Source: Xanthobacteraceae bacterium
GTDB lineage: Bacteria; Pseudomonadota; Alphaproteobacteria; Rhizobiales; Xanthobacteraceae
Direction of reading: 5' to 3'
Length of the DNA stretch: 60,938 nt
NCBI GenBank assembly: GCA_035552735.1
Contig: DASZKX010000008.1
Coordinates: 1-60,938 of the forward strand
Made by a program: the position numbers and the translations under genes. This document shows, in pieces, positions 54,452 through 60,938 of the stretch. The notes under the pieces were generated by a model, which worked only from the letters and a program-made list of their open reading frames with translations, was not told the DNA's origin and made no database searches. Position 1 is the first letter of the stretch; every line of letters begins with the position of its first letter.

Positions 54452-54904
54452 TCAGCAGCGGCACATGGCGAACCGGCAGGGATAGAGCTTCATAGACCAG
54501 CTTGCTGAGCCGAAGCGGCTCAAATGGCGCTTCGCCCGCAAGGTCCCCGCGGCCGGCGGGACGATGGCGGATGCCAGAACGACTGCAAGCGCGACGCTGG
54601 CGAAGGTCATATCGAGTGCGTGGCGGAATTGGCCGGTATTGTAGCGGACAAGGTCTGCGACATGCGGGACCGCGACGTCGAGGCACCAACCAACCGCCAG
54701 GTAGCCGAGCCCGAGGAGACACAGAGCGATATGGCGCCGCAATGCGAACCGATATTCCGGCAACAGACCGGCGGTGAGAAACCCCGACGCGAAGGCGCCC
54801 GCCACGAGCAGCGTGCTGCCGCGGCGCCGCCATTCCCACCAACACAGGACCTTGAACTGACCTACTCCGCCTTGATATTGGCGGTGCGGATCACCTTGCC
54901 CCAC
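54452..54904 (-). CDS. Hypothetical 3-TM membrane protein
   Basis: Good GC3 coding pattern and three hydrophobic segments. The only ATG start overlaps the upstream Bug gene by 43 nt. Confidence 0.4.
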   Translation of the reverse strand: MGQGDPHRQYQGGVGQFKVLCWWEWRRRGSTLLVAGAFASGFLTAGLLPEYRFALRRHIALCLLGLGYLAVGWCLDVAVPHVADLVRYNTGQFRHALDMTFASVALAVVLASAIVPPAAGTLRAKRHLSRFGSASWSMKLYPCRFAMCRC

Positions 54905-55839
54905 TTCTCGGTTTCATCGGCGACGAGCTTGCCGAACTCGGCGGGGCTCATCGGCATCGGGACGCCGCCCAGATCGGCGAGCCGCGCCTTCAGCTTGGGA
55001 TCCGCGAGGCCGGCATTGATGTCCCGGTTGAGCCGCTCGACGATCTCGGGGGGCGTGCTCTTCGGTGCCCCGATGCCGTACCACTGGCTTGCCTCGTAGC
55101 CGGGCAGGAACTCGCCCACGGTCGGGATGTCGGGCAGCAGCTCCGAGCGCGTCGCACTGGTCACCGCGAGCGCGCGCAGCGTGCCGGCCCGCACATACGC
55201 GATGGTCGAGATGGTGGGCTCGAACATGACCTGCATCTGCCCGCCGAGCAGATCGATGAGGGCGGGCCCGCCGCCGCGATAGGCCACCGGAACCAGGTCC
55301 ACGCCGGCCATCATCTTGAACAGCTCGCCGCTGATATGCGGCGCGCTGCCGTTACCGGCCGTCGCCATATTGATCTTGCCGGCATTGGCCTTGGCATAGG
55401 CGATGAACTCGGGAACGGTCTTGGCCGGCAGGGACGGATTGACGACCATGACGTTGGGGGCGCGCATGAGGCCGGCGACCGGCGCGATGTCGCGGATGAA
55501 ATTGAAGCTGAGCTTGTCGTAGAGCGAGGCGTTGACCGCGTTCGCGCCGGTGGCCAGGAGGAGCGTGTAGCCGTCCGCCGGGGCGCGCACCACCGCCTCG
55601 GTGCCGATATTGCCGCCCACGCCGGTGCGGTTCTCGATGACGAACGACTGGCCGAGCCGTTCCGACAGAAATTGACCGATGAGGCGCGCCACGGTGTCGT
55701 TCGGGCCACCGGCCGCAAAGCCGACGATCAGATGCACCGGCCGCGCCGGATAGCTCTGCGCCCATGCGGCGCGCGCGAGAGCAGGCGACACGGCAGCGCC
55801 GGCCGCCAGACGAAGAAAACGACGGCGAAGAAGCTTCAT
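54862..55839 (-). CDS. Bug-family (TctC-like) substrate-binding protein
   Basis: MKLLRRRFLRLAAGAAVSPALARAAWAQSYPARPVHLIVGFAAGG... About 60% identical by eye to the Bug gene at 21945..22922. Confidence 0.9.
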   Translation of the reverse strand: MKLLRRRFLRLAAGAAVSPALARAAWAQSYPARPVHLIVGFAAGGPNDTVARLIGQFLSERLGQSFVIENRTGVGGNIGTEAVVRAPADGYTLLLATGANAVNASLYDKLSFNFIRDIAPVAGLMRAPNVMVVNPSLPAKTVPEFIAYAKANAGKINMATAGNGSAPHISGELFKMMAGVDLVPVAYRGGGPALIDLLGGQMQVMFEPTISTIAYVRAGTLRALAVTSATRSELLPDIPTVGEFLPGYEASQWYGIGAPKSTPPEIVERLNRDINAGLADPKLKARLADLGGVPMPMSPAEFGKLVADETEKWGKVIRTANIKAE

Positions 55840-56105
55840 GATGCCCTCCCTCAAATACGAGCGATATTCCTGCTCGAACAGGTAGGCACCTTTGTGGGCA
55901 CCCTTACTGCCGCTGCCCCAAGGCGCACGAAGCACTCTCCGTCGGCAACGAACGGGTAACTTACAACAGCCGCTCGGATATGCGGAAGGGCAGCCGAGGG
56001 CTCAAAAGAGCGATTTCTCTTCAGATTGAACAATAGCGCTAAATCGCTGAGTTGGGGCGTCGGTATCGTACCTATATTCAGGGACCAAGCAACGCGCCGG
56101 CGGGT

Positions 56106-57098
56106 CTATTCCGAGCCGGCGATGCCGGCTTGCTCCACCACCCTGCCCCAGCGCACGATTTCAGACTTGAGGTAGCCTCGCAGCTGCGCGGGCGGCGGCG
56201 AGCTCAAGGGAAGATTGCCGGTATCGATGAACAACTTTTGCACCTCAGATGAAGCCACGATGCTCTTCACCTCCGCGGCAAGCTTGTCGACGATCTCATT
56301 CGGGGTTTTGGCGGGCGCGACCAGCATGGTCCAGGCCACCGCGTCGAAGCCGGGCACGCCGACCTCCGCGAGTGGGGGAATGTCGGGTAAGGCTTGGAAG
56401 CGGGTTGCCGAGGAGATGCCGAGCGCGCGCAGCCTGCCGTCGTGGAGCAGCGAGACCGCCGGCGCGATGTCGGAGAACATGATCGGGATGTGGCCGGCCA
56501 CCACGTCGACGATCGCCTGGGCGGTGCCCTTATAGGGCACATGGGTCATCCGGATGCCAGTCATGGTCTGCAGCAATTCCATGTAGAGATGCGGGGGACC
56601 GCCCACGCCGCTCGATCCGTAAGAGAGCGCGCCGGGCCGTTCCTGGGCGAGGCGGATGAGGTCGGCCAGAGAGCGGACCGGCAGCGCGGGATTGACCACG
56701 AGCACGAACGGAACGCTGGCGATGAGCGCCACCGGAGCAAAGTCGGTCGCCGGATCGTAGGGCAGCGTCTTGTGCAGCGTGACCTGGATGGCGAGCTGCG
56801 TGCTCGTGCCCATGAACAGCGTGTAGCCGTCGGGCACCGCGCGGGCGACCGCGGCAGCCGCGATGACGCCACCCGCGCCCAGGCGATTCTCGACCACGAA
56901 CGATTTGCCGAGCCGATCGGTCAATTTCTGCGCGACCACGCGGGCCAGCAGATCGGCGCCACCGCCGGCCGCGTAGGGCGACACCATGGTGACGAAGCGG
57001 GACGGATAGTCCTGCGCGCGGGCCTGCGCGCACGCCAGGGACGAAACAAACAGGAGGCCCGCGACCGCCGTGGCAGCGCAGAATCGTCCGCGATTCAT
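56106..57098 (-). CDS. Bug-family (TctC-like) substrate-binding protein
   Basis: Start moved to MNRGRFCAATAVAGLLFVSSLACAQARAQDYPSRFVTMVSPYAAGGGAD, with GGAGGGAAGG RBS. Confidence 0.9.
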   Translation of the reverse strand: MNRGRFCAATAVAGLLFVSSLACAQARAQDYPSRFVTMVSPYAAGGGADLLARVVAQKLTDRLGKSFVVENRLGAGGVIAAAAVARAVPDGYTLFMGTSTQLAIQVTLHKTLPYDPATDFAPVALIASVPFVLVVNPALPVRSLADLIRLAQERPGALSYGSSGVGGPPHLYMELLQTMTGIRMTHVPYKGTAQAIVDVVAGHIPIMFSDIAPAVSLLHDGRLRALGISSATRFQALPDIPPLAEVGVPGFDAVAWTMLVAPAKTPNEIVDKLAAEVKSIVASSEVQKLFIDTGNLPLSSPPPAQLRGYLKSEIVRWGRVVEQAGIAGSE

Positions 57099-57337
57099 GG
57101 CCTTCCCTCCCTTGTGGTGTAGCCCGCACGAAGCGGAAGCGTAATGCGGGAACGGCGGTCCCGGATCGCGCCGACCGGTTGGCTCCATCCAGGCTACAAA
57201 CTTCCAGCCGGCGCCAATTGGTCGCAATTCGTCGGTTGCGTCGGCTCCGGTATTGGATAACGTATATTTTGCATAAAATCGGCGCCGCGCCATCTGCAAT
57301 GATGGCGTATTCCGGACAAGGTACAGGGGAAAACGCA

Positions 57338-58279
57338 ATGGGTAAGGAAACGCCGCTGAAATTCGTCCTATTGGCCCTCGCCGCCGCCCCGATCCTCCTG
57401 GCCGGCGGCGCGCACGCGGCCGACAAGGTCACGGTCGGGGTCATCCCGATCACCGACGTGGCGCCGATCTATCTGGGCGTCGCCAAGGGGTTCTTCACCA
57501 AGCAGAACCTCGACGTCACGTTGCAGACCGCGCAGGGCGGCGCCGAATTGGTCACGCCGGTGATGACCGGGCAGCGGGAATTCGGCTTCAGCAATATCAG
57601 CTCGCTTTTGATCGCGCAGACGCGTGGCCTCGATATCGTGGCGATCGCGGCCGGCGCGTCCTCGACCGGGGAGCAGGGCCGCGATTTCGGCGCCATCATC
57701 GCGCCGGGCGGCAGCCCGCTCAAATCCGCCAAGGATCTGGCCGGCAAGACGGTCGCGGTCAACAACCTCAAGAACATCGGCGACACCTCGGTCAAGGCGG
57801 CGGTGCGCAAGGCCGGCGGCGACGATTCAAAGATCAAGTTCGTCGAGCTCGCGTTCCCCGACATGCCGGCCGCATTGAACAACAAGCTGGTCGACGCCGC
57901 CTGGATCGTGGAGCCATTCCTGACGGTCGCCAAGGAGCAAGGCGCCAAGGTGCTGGCCTGGAACCTGGTCGACACCGCGCCCGATCTCATGATCGCGGTG
58001 TATTTCACCTCCGGAAAATATGCGCAGGAGCACCCCGATACGGTAAAGCGTTTCGGCGCGGCCATGAACGCGTCGCTAGCCTATGCGGACAGCCATGCGG
58101 ACGAGGTCCGCGCCATCGTTCCGACCTATACCCGCATCTCCAAGGAGGTGATCGGCAAGCTGACCTTGCCGCGCTGGCCGACCGAGATGAACCGCAAGTC
58201 GACCGAGATTCTGGCTGATCTGTCGGTCAAGGATGGCCTGGTCGGCAAGAGACCGGATCTGGCGGCATTCTTCCGCTAG
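57338..58279 (+). CDS. ABC-transporter substrate-binding protein (NitT/TauT, NMT1/THI5-like)
   Basis: MGKETPLKFVLLALAAAPILLAGGAHAADKVTVGVIPITDVAPIYLGVAKGFF... Confidence 0.85.
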   Translation: MGKETPLKFVLLALAAAPILLAGGAHAADKVTVGVIPITDVAPIYLGVAKGFFTKQNLDVTLQTAQGGAELVTPVMTGQREFGFSNISSLLIAQTRGLDIVAIAAGASSTGEQGRDFGAIIAPGGSPLKSAKDLAGKTVAVNNLKNIGDTSVKAAVRKAGGDDSKIKFVELAFPDMPAALNNKLVDAAWIVEPFLTVAKEQGAKVLAWNLVDTAPDLMIAVYFTSGKYAQEHPDTVKRFGAAMNASLAYADSHADEVRAIVPTYTRISKEVIGKLTLPRWPTEMNRKSTEILADLSVKDGLVGKRPDLAAFFR

Positions 58280-58331
58280 GGTTCCGGTCATCCACGACAT
58301 CAATCCGCGGTGTCATGCCCCGCGCGGGCAG

Positions 58332-58359
58332 GGCACCGGGTAACCCCGGTGCCATTTTT
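58332..58359 (+). terminator. Rho-independent terminator between the binding-protein and permease genes
   Basis: Perfect 9-bp stem ggcaccggg-taac-cccggtgcc followed by ATTTTT. Confidence 0.6.
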
Positions 58360-58567
58360 CAAATGATGCCGAGCTCAAATTGAAAATCAGCGAATACCGG
58401 GTCGCTCGCCGGAGTTGGTTATCGGGCCGGCCTTTGGCCGGACCCGTTGGCGGGCGATGACAGCAACAAGAGCCACGCGCTGGAAACAGGACACCAAGTT
58501 GCCGGCTATAGCGGATTCTCAGGGAGCATCGGAAATCGGGCTGCGCCCCAAAGGCCGCCCGAAGGTT

Positions 58568-59332
58568 ATGGCGTGGGTGCAAGCATCGATCGGGCTCATC
58601 GGGTTCGCGGCGGTGCTGGAATTGGCGCCGCGGCTGGGGCTGGTGTCGCCGCGCTATCTGCCGCCCTTCAGCGTGATCGCGGTCGCGCTCGCCAACGAGA
58701 TCCAGCAGCCGAATTTCTGGGCCGCGCTCGCCTTCACCATGCGCAGCTGGGCCATCGGGCTGACGATCTCGGTCGTGGCCGGCGCCGGCCTCGGCATTCT
58801 GATCGGCAGCTCCACCCTGCTGCAGGCGGTGACGCGCTCCACCATCGAGTTCCTGCGCCCCATCCCCTCGGTGGCGCTCATCCCGGTCGCCATCCTGTTG
58901 TTCGGCACCACGCTGCAATCCAATCTGGTGCTGGTGATCTATGCGTCGTTCTGGCAGGTGCTGATCCAGGTCCTGTCCGGCGTGCAGGATGTCGATCCGG
59001 TGGCGCGCGAGACCGCGCAGTCCTACCGGTTCGGGCACTGGGCGCTCATCCGCCATGTCATCTGGCCGACGACGCTGCCCTATCTGATGACCGGTGTGCG
59101 GCTGGCCGCATCGGTCGCGCTCATCCTCGCCATCACGGCCGAGCTGACGATCGGCACGCCGGGGCTGGGCAAGGAGCTGTCGCTCGCCCAGTCGGGCGGC
59201 GCGGTCGCGGTGATGTATGCCTACCTGATCGTGATGGGATTGATCGGCGTAGCGGTGAACCTCGCGGCGCGCGGGCTCGAGCGCGCCATCTTGCCCTGGC
59301 ATCCGTCGCAGCGGGCGGAGCAGCCGGCATGA
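58568..59332 (+). CDS. ABC-transporter permease (NitT/TauT family)
   Basis: MAWVQASIGLIGFAAVLEL...; EAA-like loop ...VDPVARETAQSYRF... Alternative start at 58457 lies inside a REP-like sequence, so the later ATG is preferred. Confidence 0.85.
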   Translation: MAWVQASIGLIGFAAVLELAPRLGLVSPRYLPPFSVIAVALANEIQQPNFWAALAFTMRSWAIGLTISVVAGAGLGILIGSSTLLQAVTRSTIEFLRPIPSVALIPVAILLFGTTLQSNLVLVIYASFWQVLIQVLSGVQDVDPVARETAQSYRFGHWALIRHVIWPTTLPYLMTGVRLAASVALILAITAELTIGTPGLGKELSLAQSGGAVAVMYAYLIVMGLIGVAVNLAARGLERAILPWHPSQRAEQPA

Positions 59333-60114
59333 GCGGCGGGCAAATCCTGCGCCAGGCAGGCCTCACGCTCGGCCTGCCGGTCGTGCTGCTCGCGGCCTGG
59401 TGGATCGCCAGCGCGGGCAGCGCGAATTTCTATTTCCCGCCGTTGCCGACGATCGCGCAGACATTCGTCGAGGTCTGGATCTCGCCGCGTGTCTTCGATG
59501 ACGTGATCCCGAGCCTGGCGCGGCTCACGGCCGGCTATCTGGCGGCGGTCGCGCTCGGGCTCGTCATCGGCATCCCGATTGGGCTATCGCGGACGCTGCG
59601 CAACGTGCTCGAGCCGGTGCTGGAATTCCTGCGTGCCATTCCGCCGCCCGCGCTGGTGCCGATCCTGATCCTGTTCGCCGGCATCGGCGACACCATGAAG
59701 ACGCTGGTGATCGTGTCGGGATGCATATGGCCGGTGCTGCTCAATACCGTCGAGGGCGTGCGCGGCCGCGACGAGGTGCTCGAGGACGTGGTCCGCGGCT
59801 ATCGCATCGGCGGATTGGCGCGGCTGTGGCACTTCATCATTCCAAGCGCCAGCCCGCAGATGTTCACCGGCATGCGGCAGGCGCTCTCGATCGGGATCAT
59901 CCTGATGGTCATCAGCGAGATGTTCGCCGCCAGCAACGGGTTGGGCTTCGCGATCATTCAATTCGAGCGCGGCTTTGCGGTGCCGGAAATGTGGACCGGC
60001 ATCATCCTGCTGGGCTTGATCGGGATCGGGCTGGCGCAGATCTTCCGGCTGGTCGAGCGCCGCATGCTGGCCTGGTATCACGGCCTGCGGCAATCACAGC
60101 GCGCGGGCGGGTGA
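59329..60114 (+). CDS. ABC-transporter permease (NitT/TauT family), second subunit
   Basis: ATGA start/stop overlap with the previous permease. MSGGQILRQAGLTLGLPVVLLAAWW... In the track it is hidden inside the artefactual 58447..60114 ORF. Confidence 0.85.
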   Translation: MSGGQILRQAGLTLGLPVVLLAAWWIASAGSANFYFPPLPTIAQTFVEVWISPRVFDDVIPSLARLTAGYLAAVALGLVIGIPIGLSRTLRNVLEPVLEFLRAIPPPALVPILILFAGIGDTMKTLVIVSGCIWPVLLNTVEGVRGRDEVLEDVVRGYRIGGLARLWHFIIPSASPQMFTGMRQALSIGIILMVISEMFAASNGLGFAIIQFERGFAVPEMWTGIILLGLIGIGLAQIFRLVERRMLAWYHGLRQSQRAGG

Positions 60115-60116
60115 TC

Positions 60117-60938
60117 ATGAACCGCGACACCGGCGCTTCGCCCCTCACCGCCATGCTGGAGGTCGCCGGCCTCAACAAGGTCTATGCGGGCTCCGGCCGG
60201 ACCGTCGAGGCCATCCGGGACGTGACGTTCCGGGTGAGCGCCGGCGAGCTCGTCTGCATCGTCGGCCCCTCGGGCGCCGGCAAGACCACGCTGCTCAAAT
60301 GCATCGCCGGCCTGCTGCCGCCGAGCCGCGGTCGCGTCATTCTCGAAAGCCAGACGGTCGCCGGTCCGCCGCCCGCCATGGCGGTGGTGTTCCAGGAATA
60401 CGGCCGCAGCCTGTTTCCCTGGATGACGGTGCGCCAGAACATCGAGCTGCCGCTCAAGCAAAAGCGCCTCACCGCCGCGCGCCGGCGCGAGCTGGTGAAC
60501 GACGCGCTGGCGGCGGTCGACCTCGCCGACGCCCACGCCGCCTATCCGTGGCAGCTGTCGGGCGGCATGCAGCAGCGCGTCGCCATCGCGCGAGCGGTCG
60601 CCTACGAGCCGCATGTCCTCTTGATGGATGAGCCATTCGCGGCGGTCGACGCGCAGACCCGCGCCGATCTCGAAGACCTGATCCGGACCTTGTGGCACCG
60701 GCTCAAGGTGACGGTGCTGTTCGTCACCCACGATATCGAGGAGGCGGTTTATCTGGGTGAGCGTGTCCTCATCCTCTCCCATGCACCGACCGTAATCATG
60801 GAGGATGTCAGCATCGACCTGCCGGACGCGCGCAGCCAGCTCGAGACCCGCTCGCTGCCGCGCTTCGGCGAGCTGCGCAAGCACGTCTATGCGCAAATCC
60901 AGCTGGCCAAGCAGGGCTGGCGGCCGCCGGGGGAGCGC
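60117..60938 (+). CDS. ABC-transporter ATP-binding protein, 3' end cut by the window edge
   Basis: Manual translation: ...GPSGAGKTT (Walker A), LSGGMQQRV (signature), LLMDEPF (Walker B). Not in the track because it has no stop codon. Confidence 0.9.
   Translation, partial: MNRDTGASPLTAMLEVAGLNKVYAGSGRTVEAIRDVTFRVSAGELVCIVGPSGAGKTTLLKCIAGLLPPSRGRVILESQTVAGPPPAMAVVFQEYGRSLFPWMTVRQNIELPLKQKRLTAARRRELVNDALAAVDLADAHAAYPWQLSGGMQQRVAIARAVAYEPHVLLMDEPFAAVDAQTRADLEDLIRTLWHRLKVTVLFVTHDIEEAVYLGERVLILSHAPTVIMEDVSIDLPDARSQLETRSLPRFGELRKHVYAQIQLAKQGWRPPGER

Noticed and set aside
58447-60114. 555-aa ORF suggesting a single fused permease
   Set aside because: Its first about 290 codons are out of frame relative to the real first permease (58568..59332). 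Only the portion from ATG 59329 onward encodes a permease-like sequence.
1-60938. Mobile genetic element, prophage or genomic island, and rRNA/tRNA genes
   Set aside because: I recognised no integrase, transposase, phage or conjugation genes, and no tRNA-like T-loop/acceptor pattern. The only low-GC patches are short intergenic promoter-like regions.

Overview
High-GC (about 64-65%) chromosomal segment. The REP-type palindromic repeats, several Bug/TctC-type binding proteins and the gene content suggest a Bradyrhizobium/Afipia/Rhodopseudomonas-like Hyphomicrobiales alphaproteobacterium (inference). All family calls come from by-eye motif recognition; no searches were run. I saw no rRNA, tRNA, CRISPR array, transposase or integrase, so this is a metabolic/transport region, not an obvious mobile island. 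Many long ORFs in the track are off-frame or antisense artefacts typical of high-GC DNA. Two real genes at the window edges are missing from the track because they run off the ends (AtoE-like transporter at 1..1352, ABC ATPase at 60117..60938). Main content: (1) a sulfate-assimilation locus with DUF2849-cysI-DUF934 divergent from cysD, cysN fused to a degenerate APS-kinase-like domain, and cysK; (2) a minus-strand operon of a secreted isochorismatase-like protein, a UbiD decarboxylase and CoxM/S/L-like molybdenum hydroxylase subunits; (3) eutB and eutC separated by an oppositely oriented Bug gene; (4) a second UbiD gene divergent from an ADH, PaaI thioesterase, acyl-CoA ligase and VOC cluster; (5) a SET-domain protein with a basic tail; (6) an EmrAB-type efflux pair; (7) a NitT/TauT-type ABC transporter. 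The best candidate for an undescribed system is at about 50.5-54.9 kb. It comprises an oversized sigma-70-family protein with apparently duplicated sigma2- and sigma4-like modules, a co-oriented non-ZAS membrane protein, a divergently encoded secreted ARPP-1/DUF6569-like protein, and a nearby secreted Kazal-like protein. Several short tandem repeats and at least four REP families fill the intergenic space.
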